The notes: a model not told the origin generated them from the letters alone. Shown: positions 53,439 to 63,663, numbered from the stretch's first letter. The stretch is 64,000 nucleotides of DNA from an uncultured Chloroflexia bacterium (GCA_963707215.1 CAVPPB010000002.1:224001-288000); one strand, 5' to 3'. Numbers and translations: made by a program.

Positions 53439-54320
53439 GTGAGCTCCGGTCCCGGCCTGTCCGACCTCGGCCCCACCGTGGGTCCCCCGTCGGACAGGCC
53501 GGTCCGCGTCCGGCGCCGTCGACGCCGCGTGTCGTGGCGCTCGCTCGTCGTCGCCGCGGTCAGCACGGTCGTCTTCTTCTCGGCCCTCGGCTGGATCGTG
53601 GTCAATGCCCCGGGCTGGACGGCGTTCCAGGAGTCGTTCCTCGACGCCGAGATCTTCTGGGCTTCGCTGCCCGACGTCGTCGAGGCATTCTGGGTCAACA
53701 TCCGCCTGTTCATGATCGCCGAGGTCATCATCCTGGCCTTCGGCCTGGTGCTGGCCGTCCTTCGGAGCCTGCCGGGGCCGGTCTTCTTCCCGGTCCGCCT
53801 GCTCGCCACCGTCTACGTCGACCTCTTCCGAGCGCTCCCGGGCGTCCTGGTCATCTTCATGCTGGGCTTCGGGATCCCGGGGCTCGGCATCGCCGGTGTC
53901 CCGGTGGAGCCGTTCCTGTGGGGCGTCGTGACGCTCTCGCTCCTGTACTCGGCCTACGTCTCCGAGGTCTACCGGGCCGGCATCGAGTCGGTCCACCCAA
54001 GCCAGGAGGCGGCCGCCCGGTCGCTCGGCCTCAGCCGCTTCCAGGCGCTCCGCCACGTGATCCTGCCGCAGGCTGTGCGGCGGGTCGTCCCGCCACTGCT
54101 CAATGACTTCATCGGGCTCCAGAAGGACACCGTGCTCGTCTCGTTCATCGGCGTCGTCGAGATCTTCCGGACCGCCCAGATCAAGCAGGCCGCGACGTTC
54201 AACTTCACCCCCTACCTCGCGGTCGCGCTCGTCTTCATCCTCGTGACCTTCCCGCTCGCCCGACTCACCGATTGGCTCGTTGCCCGGGACCGGGCGAAGG
54301 CCGCGACGGGAGCGCGCTGA
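53439..54320 (+). CDS. Amino acid ABC transporter permease
   Basis: YVDLFRA.P, AYVSEVYRAGI, EAAARSLG and KDT. Confidence 0.93.
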   Translation: MSSGPGLSDLGPTVGPPSDRPVRVRRRRRRVSWRSLVVAAVSTVVFFSALGWIVVNAPGWTAFQESFLDAEIFWASLPDVVEAFWVNIRLFMIAEVIILAFGLVLAVLRSLPGPVFFPVRLLATVYVDLFRALPGVLVIFMLGFGIPGLGIAGVPVEPFLWGVVTLSLLYSAYVSEVYRAGIESVHPSQEAAARSLGLSRFQALRHVILPQAVRRVVPPLLNDFIGLQKDTVLVSFIGVVEIFRTAQIKQAATFNFTPYLAVALVFILVTFPLARLTDWLVARDRAKAATGAR

Positions 54321-55075
54321 TGCCGCCAGCCGGCGAGGCCCTCAGGATCGAGGGCCTCCACAAGTCCTTCGGGGAGTTGGAGGTCCTGCGCGGAATCGAC
54401 CTCGTGGTCGCCGAGCACGAGGTCATCTGCCTGATCGGGGCCTCCGGCTCGGGCAAGTCGACCCTGCTGCGATGCGTGAACCTGCTCGAGGAGATCGACG
54501 CGGGTCGCATCGTCGTCGAGGGCGAGGAGATCACGGCCCCGAAGGTCGACGTCGACCGGATCCGCCGGCGGATCGGCATCGTCTTCCAGGCCTTCAACCT
54601 GTTCCCCCACATGAGCGTCCTGGACAACGTCGCCCTGGCTCCCCGGAAGGTGCTGCGCAAGCCGCGGAGGGAGGCCGAGGCCGAGGCGCTCGCCCTGCTC
54701 GAGCGGTTCGGCCTGGCCGACAAGCGGGCCGAGTTCCCCGATCGACTCTCGGGCGGCCAGCAGCAGCGCGTCGCCATCGTCCGGGCCCTGGCGATGCAGC
54801 CCGACCTGCTGCTGCTCGACGAGGTCACCAGCGCCCTCGACCCCGAGCTCGTGGCCGAGGTCCTCGACGTCATCCGAGAGCTGGCCGCCGGCGGGATGAC
54901 GATGGTCATCGCGACCCACGAGATGGGCTTCGCCCGCGACATCGCCAACAGAGTCTGCTTCCTCGACGCCGGCCGGATCCTCGAAGAGGGGCCGCCCGAC
55001 CGGATCTTCAGCGATCCTCGCGAGGAGCGGACCCAACGCTTCCTCCAGCGGATCATCGACGCCGGGCGGCTCTAG
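54320..55075 (+). CDS. Amino acid ABC transporter ATP-binding protein (GlnQ-like)
   Basis: GASGSGKST, LSGGQQQR, LLLDEVTSALDPE and THEMGFA. Confidence 0.95.
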   Translation: MPPAGEALRIEGLHKSFGELEVLRGIDLVVAEHEVICLIGASGSGKSTLLRCVNLLEEIDAGRIVVEGEEITAPKVDVDRIRRRIGIVFQAFNLFPHMSVLDNVALAPRKVLRKPRREAEAEALALLERFGLADKRAEFPDRLSGGQQQRVAIVRALAMQPDLLLLDEVTSALDPELVAEVLDVIRELAAGGMTMVIATHEMGFARDIANRVCFLDAGRILEEGPPDRIFSDPREERTQRFLQRIIDAGRL

Positions 55076-55111
55076 CGGACATCTGTTCGCCCGGGCTCGG
55101 CCCGTGGCCCG

Positions 55112-55858
55112 TCAGCCCGGGGCCGGCTCCTCGCGCCGACAGGCCTCGACGAACGCCGCCCACAGCCGCTCGAAGACCGTCGGCGTCGACTCGATCCGCT
55201 CCGGGTGGCACTGGACGCCGACGACGAATTGCTCGCCGGGCGCCTCGAGCCCTTCGACCACCCGGAGCCCGCCGGTGTCGGCCATCGCCGCGATCCGGAG
55301 GCCCGGAGCCAGCCCATCGGGGGTCACTGCCTGGTGGTGGTAGGAGTTGACCTCGAGCGTCTGTTCGGGCCCCGCGGGCAGGAGGATCGCTGCGAGCCGC
55401 GTCCCGGGCACGAGCGTGATCGGGTGCATGAGCGCCGGCCCGTGCCCGTATGCCGCTCCCCGGTGGCCCTCCACGTGCTGGGCGAGCGTTCCGCCCATCA
55501 GCACGTTGATCTCGTGCATCCCGCGGCACAATCCCAGGACGGGCAGGCCCCGGGCCTCGGCCTCCTGCCAGGCTGCCGCCTCGAGTTCGTCGCGCTCCGT
55601 CTCGACGTCGACCGCCCCGGCGGGGCTCTGGCCGTACCGACCGGGGTCGACGTCGGCCCCACCCGTCAGCACCAGGCCGTCCATCCGGGCGAAGGCCGAA
55701 TCGCGCATGACCGCGCTCGACGACCCGTCGACGAGGACGGGATCGCCGCCGGCATGCCGGACCGACTCCGCGTAGAGCCGGTTCTTGCGCTCGGCAAGGT
55801 CCGACTCGGAGAGCCGGGTCGGCACCGTTACCGTGAGGACGATCCGCGGCCGCGTCAT
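55112..55858 (-). CDS. Gamma-glutamyl-GABA hydrolase family (PuuD, peptidase C26)
   Basis: TGGADVDP, LGLCRG, VNSYHHQ and VQCHPE. Confidence 0.9.
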   Translation of the reverse strand: MTRPRIVLTVTVPTRLSESDLAERKNRLYAESVRHAGGDPVLVDGSSSAVMRDSAFARMDGLVLTGGADVDPGRYGQSPAGAVDVETERDELEAAAWQEAEARGLPVLGLCRGMHEINVLMGGTLAQHVEGHRGAAYGHGPALMHPITLVPGTRLAAILLPAGPEQTLEVNSYHHQAVTPDGLAPGLRIAAMADTGGLRVVEGLEAPGEQFVVGVQCHPERIESTPTVFERLWAAFVEACRREEPAPG

Positions 55859-56100
55859 GGACGCAGCATAGCCGCGCGTCAGCCGCCGGACCTCGTTCGC
55901 AGCGCGACTGGTTCGAGACCGCGGTCCCGGAGCCCGTCGACGACCCGCCGCAGCGCCTCGAGCGTGAAGGAGCCGCCGACCCGCATCAGGTGACCGAGCC
56001 GCCGCGTGCCCGCCTGAGGAACCGGCCACGATGTCGTCGGCGGTGGGCCCGCCATCCTCGACCGGCTTCCAGTCTCGGGGTGACAGGTCCCAGGGGTCAG

Positions 56101-58995
56101 CTAGCGCCGCTCGACCGGGCGCTCGCCGGCCGTGGTGACCGGGACGGCGGCCGGCGCGGCTACCAGGGTCGGCGGATCGATCGGGGTGGGCTCCGAGAGC
56201 ACGAGCTCGTCGACCAGGGCCAGCCCCTCGGCGGCGCCGACGACACGCCCACGACCCGTCCGCTTGGCGGCGATGCAGGCCCGATCGGCGGCCAGGAGGA
56301 TCTCTTCCGCGGTGGCCCCGTCCTCCGGGAAGGACGCCAGTCCGACCGAGCAGTCGACGACCGTCCCGTCGGTGCCTTCCGCCGATGCGCTGGCCCCTCG
56401 GACGGCTCCCCGGATCCGCTCCGCCACGGATCGGGCGCCGGTCTCGTCGGCCCCCGACAGGATCATGGTGAATTCGTCTCCGCCGTAGCGGAAGGCAAGG
56501 TCGCCCTCCCGGCCGACCCCCAGGATCGCGCCGCCGACGACGCTGAGGAAGCGATCCCCGGCCTGGTGGCCGAGTCGGTTGTTCACGGTCCGGAAGTGGT
56601 CGAGGTCCACCATGACCAGGCCGAAGGGCGCACCGGCGTCGACGGCCCGGGCCAGGTGCTCGACGAAGGCCCCGTGGTTGAGGAGGCCGGTCCGGTCGTC
56701 GGTCAGGGCCCGGGCCTCGACCGCGGCGTGGACGGTCGCGTTCTGGAGGGCGATGGAGACCTGCGCGGCGAACAGCCGGACGAGCTCGAATTCGTCGGGG
56801 GCGAACGGCCGCTCGGCGCCTAGCCGCTCTACGAGAAGGACCCCGGACACGCCGGACCGATCGCGCAGCGGCGCGACGATCAGGCTGGCCTCGCGCAGCT
56901 CGAGCCCGGGGACCGCCCTGATCCTCGGGTCGTCTCGGACGTCCGGCACCAGGACCGGAGCGTCGTTGGCGAGGACCCAGCCGGCGATCCCGGTGTCCGC
57001 CGGCTGGGCATCGGCCAGGTAGGCCGGCGCGTCGACGCCGCGAGCGGCCAGCGGTCGGAGCACTCCCGCTACCCGGTCCCAGTGCTCGAGCCAGAGGTTG
57101 TCGTGGCGGACAAGGCCGTCGAGCCGGCTGGCGACCTGGTCGAGGACAGCGGCGGGGTCGAGGGTCGTCAGCAGGGATTCCGTGAGGCGCAGCAACTCCC
57201 GCTGGCCATCGAGCTGCCGCTCCAGGGCCGCGGACTGGTCTCGCAGGCGCTCGGTCGCATCGGCGTTGGCCATCGCCCCGGCCGCCAGGCTGGCGTAGAT
57301 CTCGAGGATCCGGAGGTCGTCCGCCGTGAAGCGGTCGATGCCGAGCTTCGAGAGGACCAGGACGCCGAGGACCTGGTTCTCGTGGATCATCGGGGCCAGG
57401 AGCATCGACTCCGGCAGGTCGTCCTCGGTGCCCGGGATCGTGTGCGACCTCGGGTCTGCCGCTGCGTCGGACAGGTACTGGGCGATCCCGTGCCGGGCGA
57501 CCCAGCCGGTGATGCCCTGCCCGACCTTCAGGCGCAGCTGTTCGAACGTTTCGTCCTCGTACTCGCCCACCTGGCCTCGGATGGCGACCGGGACGAGGTC
57601 GTCGCCGTCCGCGCGATACACCCGGACGTTGTGGTTGTCGATCAGCTCACGGAGCTCGCTCGCGATCGCCTCGCCGATCTCTCGGACGGTCGTGAGGTGG
57701 TTCAGCCGAGCGCCCAGCGCCTGGATCGACTGGAGCTGCGCGGCCCACGTCGCCATCTGCTGGTAGTCGGCTGCGGCCTTGATCGCCACGCTCGCCTGGG
57801 CGCTGAAGGCCTCGATCGTCTCGAGCTCCTCGCGGCCCCAGGCGTGAGGTTGGTCGTGGTACACGGCCAGGACCCCGAGGACGTCGCCGCCGGACAGCAA
57901 CGGAGCGACGCAGATGGTGTCGAAGCCCTCCTGGACCACGGCCGCCCGGAGCGCGGCTCCGCGCGGATCGTCGCGGTAGCCGACGGCGAAGGTGGTCCGC
58001 CGGGTCTCCAGGACCTCGGCCACGAGGGAGGGACTCCGGAACTCCCGGGTCGCGGCTACGTACGCTGTCGAGAGGCCCCGGCTGACCTCTGCCGCTACGC
58101 GGCCGTCAGGCCGGCGGAGGAAGAGCGCTGCTCGATCAGCCTCGAACAGGACGAGGAGGTGGTCGGCCAGGCCCCCCAGGATCCGGTCGAGGTCGAGGCG
58201 GCTGCCGATGTCGCTGGCGACCCGCCGCAGGGCATCGGCTCGGTGTAGCCGATGGGCGACCTCCTCCGCGCGGCGGCCGGACCGTACGGCCGAAGCGACG
58301 ACGCGGGCTGCGGCCTCGGCCGGTTCCACCTCGGGATCGCCAAGGGTCCCGTCGGCGCCGGCCGCCAGCCAGAGCACCCCCCAGGCCTCGTCAGCGCCGG
58401 GGATCGGCGTCGCGAGCTCGGGCCCGTGTCCCGGCAGGATCGCCTCGCCGTCGAGCTCCCGGCTCCCGAGCACGACGGCGGCCCGGGCCTCCAGGCACCG
58501 ACCGGCGATGCCGAAGGTCTCGGGAAGCTCGACCGCCCGCCCCGCCCCTGCCATCGCCCTCGGCACGAGGCGACCACCAAGTCGCTCCCAGATCCCTACG
58601 GCCTCCAGTCCCCAGGCATCGCGCAGGATCCTGGCGCAACCCGAGAGACTGGCATCGAGTGGTCGTCCGGTCGCGACGGCGTCGGCCAGGAGCACAAGCA
58701 GGCTGAGATCGGGGTGAGCGCCCTCCCTGGGGTCGGGCCACGACGAAGCGTGCCTGCCCGCCGCGCTCGCACCCGCCGGGCGAGGCTCCGAGGCCGTGCC
58801 ACCCGCCTCGACCGGACCGTGACCCGAGTTGATGAAGCGCTCCAGGTCACCGAGTCGATAACGTCGGTCGCCTCGGGCGTTGATCCGATAGCAGCGCAGC
58901 CTCCCCTGGTCGCTCCAGGCCCGCACCGTGTTCGGGTGCACCCCGAGGAACCGCGCCGCGCGGGTCACGGAGAGCGTCGCGTCGGGGGGTCGCAT
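56101..58995 (-). CDS. Diguanylate cyclase with an N-terminal MerR/excisionase-type HTH and four GAF domains
   Basis: LSVTRAARFLGVHPNTVRAWSD.G...RRY; GAF repeats (G.GI.GWV, L.APM); D.LD.F..VN..GH..GD and RYGGDEF. Confidence 0.9.
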   Translation of the reverse strand: MRPPDATLSVTRAARFLGVHPNTVRAWSDQGRLRCYRINARGDRRYRLGDLERFINSGHGPVEAGGTASEPRPAGASAAGRHASSWPDPREGAHPDLSLLVLLADAVATGRPLDASLSGCARILRDAWGLEAVGIWERLGGRLVPRAMAGAGRAVELPETFGIAGRCLEARAAVVLGSRELDGEAILPGHGPELATPIPGADEAWGVLWLAAGADGTLGDPEVEPAEAAARVVASAVRSGRRAEEVAHRLHRADALRRVASDIGSRLDLDRILGGLADHLLVLFEADRAALFLRRPDGRVAAEVSRGLSTAYVAATREFRSPSLVAEVLETRRTTFAVGYRDDPRGAALRAAVVQEGFDTICVAPLLSGGDVLGVLAVYHDQPHAWGREELETIEAFSAQASVAIKAAADYQQMATWAAQLQSIQALGARLNHLTTVREIGEAIASELRELIDNHNVRVYRADGDDLVPVAIRGQVGEYEDETFEQLRLKVGQGITGWVARHGIAQYLSDAAADPRSHTIPGTEDDLPESMLLAPMIHENQVLGVLVLSKLGIDRFTADDLRILEIYASLAAGAMANADATERLRDQSAALERQLDGQRELLRLTESLLTTLDPAAVLDQVASRLDGLVRHDNLWLEHWDRVAGVLRPLAARGVDAPAYLADAQPADTGIAGWVLANDAPVLVPDVRDDPRIRAVPGLELREASLIVAPLRDRSGVSGVLLVERLGAERPFAPDEFELVRLFAAQVSIALQNATVHAAVEARALTDDRTGLLNHGAFVEHLARAVDAGAPFGLVMVDLDHFRTVNNRLGHQAGDRFLSVVGGAILGVGREGDLAFRYGGDEFTMILSGADETGARSVAERIRGAVRGASASAEGTDGTVVDCSVGLASFPEDGATAEEILLAADRACIAAKRTGRGRVVGAAEGLALVDELVLSEPTPIDPPTLVAAPAAVPVTTAGERPVERR

Positions 58996-59096
58996 CGTCT
59001 CGAGGGGTCGCTCGCTGGAGGATTTGGTAAGTCGGCCCGGCGAGCGTAGGCAGGCTCACAGTTCCTGCCAATAGGACCCTCGTACGGGGTCCGAGG

Positions 59097-59486
59097 TCAG
59101 GGGCGATCGTCCGGGCGCCCGGTCAGGCGCACATACCCAAGGGTCGCTACCAGTGCCGCGGCCCCCAGCGCGGCGACGGCCATGACGGCAAGCCAGGGCT
59201 CGCCGACCACGCTGGGAGTGCCGGACGGGACCCTGGGGTCGCCGACCGGATCGGCCGATGCTCCGACCGACCCTGCCGGCGTGATCATCGGCGTCGGCTC
59301 CGCAGCCGCGACCGAGGTGTCCTGGCGGCCCGAGACAGCCGGACCGAGGCCGACGGCCACGGCCAGGGCGACGCCCAGTGCTGCCGCGAGCAGGGCGGCT
59401 CTCCCCGGGTGCAGCCGCGGCCGCTCGCTCGTGGTGCCGGCTCGCCGCGCGGCGAGCCTGGATCCGTCGCCCGGCGGCCTCCTCAC
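59097..59486 (-). CDS. Hypothetical two-TM protein
   Basis: GTGA-coupled to the upstream gene; two hydrophobic segments. Confidence 0.6.
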   Translation of the reverse strand: MRRPPGDGSRLAARRAGTTSERPRLHPGRAALLAAALGVALAVAVGLGPAVSGRQDTSVAAAEPTPMITPAGSVGASADPVGDPRVPSGTPSVVGEPWLAVMAVAALGAAALVATLGYVRLTGRPDDRP

Positions 59487-60202
59487 CCCAGGAGCGCCTG
59501 GGCGGATGCCATCAGCAGGCCGACGACCACGAGGACGACGCCGGCGCCGAGCAGGAGGGCCACCGAGGTCGCGCGCCACCGTCCACCTCCGGCGAGCACC
59601 CGCATGGCCTCGTCCCGCTCGAGGGTCGACAGGATGAGCGGTCGCCCCGTCCCGGCGGTCAACACGATGGAGCCGTTCGCCCGTCGGGTCGGCACGCCCA
59701 GGGCGATGGCGTGCTCCACGGCGGAGACCTGCTGGATGACGATCCGGGCCCGGGTGTCGGGCGCGGTGCCGGCAGGGACGCGGTCCGCCAGATCGCCGGC
59801 GATGCCGGTGGATTCACGGGGGAGCACGACGAGCCCCGGTCCCAGCGCGTCCTGGTCGACGGCGATCTCCTCGAGCCCCTCGCGGAGCGAGAACGGGACG
59901 GCCTCACGGCCGTCCTCGACCGTGACCCAGCGGCCGCGACGGTGCAGCTCGACCCGGGTCCGGCGGCATACCAACGGCCGATCGGCCGCGTCGGTGAACG
60001 CCGTCTCGCTGTCGATCCTCCCTTCGACGGCGACGTAGCCGGCTCGCCCCGACTCGGCCGCCTCGACGGCCGCGGCGATCGGAACGATCGGCGTCGCTGC
60101 CAGCAGCCGGCCCAGCCGGTAGCCGGATCCGAAGCTGAGCAGGGTCAGCACCCCGGCCGCGAGCGCGACGAAGCCGGCGACGATCAGGATCTGGGGGTCC
60201 AC
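59483..60202 (-). CDS. Hypothetical membrane protein (N- and C-terminal TM segments)
   Basis: Codon bias; TM-soluble-TM layout. Confidence 0.7.
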   Translation of the reverse strand: MDPQILIVAGFVALAAGVLTLLSFGSGYRLGRLLAATPIVPIAAAVEAAESGRAGYVAVEGRIDSETAFTDAADRPLVCRRTRVELHRRGRWVTVEDGREAVPFSLREGLEEIAVDQDALGPGLVVLPRESTGIAGDLADRVPAGTAPDTRARIVIQQVSAVEHAIALGVPTRRANGSIVLTAGTGRPLILSTLERDEAMRVLAGGGRWRATSVALLLGAGVVLVVVGLLMASAQALLG

Positions 60203-60466
60203 GGCCGGATGATAGCCGCGGCGAGAAGGTCGGCCACGGGCCGAAGCCCCGGTGCCGGACATGAGAACGCCCGAAGGAACCGCTCCGACGCGTGGGCGTT
60301 GATGCGATCGCCGCCGTTAGCGTCCTTGGGCCCCTCCGGGCTGGGATGAACGGTAGGCGCCGTGAGCGGCTCGGTCAATCGAGTTCATCCACGAATCGAG
60401 GCCGCGAGATCCGACTTTTCCACCGCTCATCCACAGTCGGCCGGTCACTCGCGTCCCGGCGTGAGC

Positions 60467-61036
60467 TCAGTCGGTCGCCCGCCCGGTCGCCGGGTCGAGC
60501 GCCGACATCATGCCGCCGTAGCTGGTCAGGACGAGGCGGCCGCCGACGAGCTCGGCCGAGGCGACGACGTCGGAGTGAGCCGCTCTCCAGGCCACCGAGC
60601 CATCGGCCTCGATGGCGAAGGTCTCGATCTCCGCCTGGACGAGCACGTGGTCGAGTCTTGCGGACCCGAGGACCGCGACGATCGGGCTGTGTGACCGGTG
60701 CCACCAGCGCAGCTGGCCGCTCCGGGCCTCGAACCCGTACGTGTGGAAGCCATAGGCCACCACGAGGAGCCCGGCCGTGTCCCAGTAGACGGCCCTGGGC
60801 CGATCGTGGATAGCGCTGGCGACCCGGGCGACCCAGGTGGCACCGGGGGCGTCGACGCGCAGCTCGGCTCGACAGAGGCGATCCGGTTCGGCGGCGACCA
60901 GGCTTCCGTGATCCTGGAGGGCGCCGCCAGCTTCCGTCAGGGCGAAGATCTCGGCCGCCTGGCCGCTCCCGCCCCATCGAAGGCGTGCCCGGATCGCACC
61001 CGGGAACCGGACGACCGCATCGAGCGGCTCGGCCAC
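60467..61036 (-). CDS. Hypothetical protein with PQQ-like beta-propeller blades
   Basis: ARSGQLRW, ADGSVAW and ALDPATG motifs. Confidence 0.65.
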   Translation of the reverse strand: MAEPLDAVVRFPGAIRARLRWGGSGQAAEIFALTEAGGALQDHGSLVAAEPDRLCRAELRVDAPGATWVARVASAIHDRPRAVYWDTAGLLVVAYGFHTYGFEARSGQLRWWHRSHSPIVAVLGSARLDHVLVQAEIETFAIEADGSVAWRAAHSDVVASAELVGGRLVLTSYGGMMSALDPATGRATD

Positions 61037-61048
61037 CGGGATCGCCGG

Positions 61049-61666
61049 TCAGGCGCCGGCGCCGTGGGCGGCCGGATCGGGCGCGGTCAGGATCGCAACG
61101 GGGTCCGGGTCGGCGACCGATGACGCCGGCCGGTCGTTGGCGGCCTCAGCGGCGACGTCGGCTGGACGTCGGGTCTCGGCGATCGGCGCGACCGTCGCGT
61201 TCGCGAGCATCCGCAGGGCCGCCGGTGAGGCCGGGAAGACGGCGGTCGCCGTGCCCGCGGCGGCCCAGACGATCGTGTACCGGCCGAGATCGGGGTCCAT
61301 GAACGCCCGGATGAGCCGCTGATGGCCGATCGGTGGGATCCCACCGATGGTGAAGCCGGTCAGCTCGGCGGCCTCGCGGGCCGTCGCTCGCCGCACGTCC
61401 GACTTCCCGACCACCGCTGCCAGCCGGCCCAGGTCGACGCGATCGACCCCCGCCACGAGGCAGAGGATCGGCTCGAGCGTATCGCCGTCGGGGACGACGA
61501 AGACCAGCGACTTCACGATCTGCCCGAGCTCGACCCCGAGGGCGGCCGCCGCTTGCTCGGCCGTGTGGGTCGACTCGTCGAAGGTGGTCACCTCGAGCGT
61601 CACGCCCTTGCGGGCGGCCGCCTCGAGCACCCGCTGGATGGCTGGATGCGCGGGATCCTGCGGCAC
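61049..61666 (-). CDS. YbaK/EbsC (ProX-like) aminoacyl-tRNA deacylase family
   Basis: TAEQAA.ALG..GQIVKSLVF, TGF.IGGIPP.GH and WAAAG. Confidence 0.92.
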   Translation of the reverse strand: MPQDPAHPAIQRVLEAAARKGVTLEVTTFDESTHTAEQAAAALGVELGQIVKSLVFVVPDGDTLEPILCLVAGVDRVDLGRLAAVVGKSDVRRATAREAAELTGFTIGGIPPIGHQRLIRAFMDPDLGRYTIVWAAAGTATAVFPASPAALRMLANATVAPIAETRRPADVAAEAANDRPASSVADPDPVAILTAPDPAAHGAGA

Positions 61667-61721
61667 GGCCCGAGTCTAGCACCGGCGATGCGCGCGGCCG
61701 GGCTCGCGGTAGCATCGGGGC

Positions 61722-62372
61722 GTGAAGTCGATCCTCTTCGACTGGGACGGCACGCTCGTCGACTCGCTGGGGGCCTATTTCGAGGCCAACCGCTGGGTCC
61801 TGGACCAATTCGGCCTGCCCTTCGACGAAGAGCTCTACCGGCTCCACTACGCCCCTGACTGGCGGATCCAGTACCGGGCCCTCGGGGTACCCGAGGATCG
61901 ACTGCCCGAGGCCCACGAGCTCTGGCGGGCGCGCTTCTCCCTTCAGGATGCCCGGCTCCTGCCCGGTGCTGACGAGGCGCTGGTCGCGCTCGCGGCGGCC
62001 GGCTATCGCCTCGGCCTGGTGACCGCGACCGAGCGCGACTCCGCGGAGCCGCTCATCGCCAGGCTCGGCCTCGACGACCTCCTGGAGGCGCGGGTCTACG
62101 GCGACGACCTGCTCGTCCACAAGCCCGATCCGGAGCCGTTGCGCCTGGCGCTCCGGCGGCTCGGGCACGACGGTGCTCCAGCGAGCGCGATCTACGTCGG
62201 CGACGCCGTGCCCGACATGCTGATGGCCCGGGCCGTCGGGACGCGGGCGATCGGCGTCCGGTCGATCCTCGGCGACCCCGACGAGCTGCGGGCCGCCGGA
62301 GCCGAGACCGTGGTCGCGTCCGTCGCGGCCTGGACCGCCGATCTGCTGGGTCGGCCCGCCCCCGTGGCCTGA
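61722..62372 (+). CDS. HAD family phosphatase
   Basis: FDWDGTLVDS, KPDPEP and YVGD...D. Confidence 0.92.
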   Translation: MKSILFDWDGTLVDSLGAYFEANRWVLDQFGLPFDEELYRLHYAPDWRIQYRALGVPEDRLPEAHELWRARFSLQDARLLPGADEALVALAAAGYRLGLVTATERDSAEPLIARLGLDDLLEARVYGDDLLVHKPDPEPLRLALRRLGHDGAPASAIYVGDAVPDMLMARAVGTRAIGVRSILGDPDELRAAGAETVVASVAAWTADLLGRPAPVA

Positions 62373-62374
62373 TC

Positions 62375-63061
62375 GTGCACGTCATCGTCGTCGCCGACGG
62401 GGACACGCCTACCCGGGCCGCCCTCGACGACGCCTGGCCCGGCTGGGCCGACGACGTGGGACTCGTCGTCGCGGCCGACGGCGGCGCGACGGCCTGCCCG
62501 ACGCTCGGCCTCGCCCCCGACCTGGTCGTCGGCGACGGGGATTCGCTGGGGCCCGGCGGTTGGGAGCGGCTCGAGCGGTCCGGCATCGCGGTCGAGGTCG
62601 CGCCGGTCGACAAGGACGAGTCGGACCTCGAGCTTGCTCTCGCGGCGGCGGTCCGGCGCGGCGCCGATCGGATCACGGTCCTCGGCGCCTTCGGTGGTGG
62701 GCGCCTCGACCACGAGCTCGCCAACATCGCCCTGCTGGCCCATCCGGTCGTGGACCGGGTGGCGGTCGACCTGCTCGACGAGCGGAACCGGATGGCGCTC
62801 CTGCGTGGACCGGCGCCTGGAGGTGGGCGGGCCCGGCGCTCGCTTCCCGGCCCGCTCGGTGCGATCGTTTCGCTCCTGCCGGTCGGCGGCGGGGTCGATG
62901 GGGTGACCACGACCGGCATGCGCTATCCCCTGGACGACGAGCCGCTTCCGTACGGTCCGGCCCGCGGGCTGTCCAACGTCCGCGTCGCCCACGACGCGGC
63001 GGTCTCGATCCGGCGTGGCCTCCTGCTCATCGTGGAGTCGCCTGCTACGCTCGGAGCATGA
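62375..63061 (+). CDS. thiN: Thiamine pyrophosphokinase
   Basis: AADGGA, VGDGDS, DKDESDLELAL, GGRLDHELAN and GLSN. Confidence 0.92.
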   Translation: MHVIVVADGDTPTRAALDDAWPGWADDVGLVVAADGGATACPTLGLAPDLVVGDGDSLGPGGWERLERSGIAVEVAPVDKDESDLELALAAAVRRGADRITVLGAFGGGRLDHELANIALLAHPVVDRVAVDLLDERNRMALLRGPAPGGGRARRSLPGPLGAIVSLLPVGGGVDGVTTTGMRYPLDDEPLPYGPARGLSNVRVAHDAAVSIRRGLLLIVESPATLGA

Positions 63062-63558
63062 CGACGCTTCAGCCAGGCGACCTCGCCCCCTCGATCGAGC
63101 TCCCCGATGAGACGGGGACGACCCATCGGCTGGCCGATCAACGCGGCCGCTGGACGGTCGTCTACTTCTACCCGCAGGACGACACGCCCGGTTGCACCAC
63201 CGAGGCCTGCCAGTTCCGCGATCGCGGGGCCGATATCGCCGCCGAGTCGGCCGACGTGTGGGGCATCAGTCCGGATGGGGCGGCCAGCCACGCGGCCTTC
63301 CGGGCCCGGTTCCAGCTCCCGTTCGTCCTGCTCAGCGACGAGGACCACGCGGTCGCCGAGCGATACGGCGCGTGGGGGCTGAAGAAGAACTACGGCCGCG
63401 AGTATGAGGGGATCATCCGTTCGACCTTCCTCGTCGACCCCGACGGGCGGATCGCCCGGGTCTGGCCCCGGGTCAAGGCGGACGGCCACGCCGATCGCGT
63501 GCTGGAGACGCTTCGCGAGCTGGCGGCCGCATGGCCCGGCTTGCGGGTGGACGCGTGA
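63058..63558 (+). CDS. bcp: Thioredoxin-dependent peroxiredoxin Bcp
   Basis: YFYPQDDTPGCTTEACQFRD and RSTFLVD. Confidence 0.95.
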   Translation: MTTLQPGDLAPSIELPDETGTTHRLADQRGRWTVVYFYPQDDTPGCTTEACQFRDRGADIAAESADVWGISPDGAASHAAFRARFQLPFVLLSDEDHAVAERYGAWGLKKNYGREYEGIIRSTFLVDPDGRIARVWPRVKADGHADRVLETLRELAAAWPGLRVDA

Positions 63559-63601
63559 GCGCGGCGACTGCCGTCGCGCGCGACCGTCCCAGGCGAAGGG
63601 C

Positions 63602-63633
63602 GGCCTCGCCCGTGGGGGGAGACGGGCGAGGCC
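63602..63633. terminator. 12-bp stem hairpin downstream of bcp
   Basis: ggcctcgcccgt...acgggcgaggcc. Confidence 0.55.
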
Positions 63634-63663
63634 ACGCTCCGAATCCTACTAGAGGGCGTCGCC

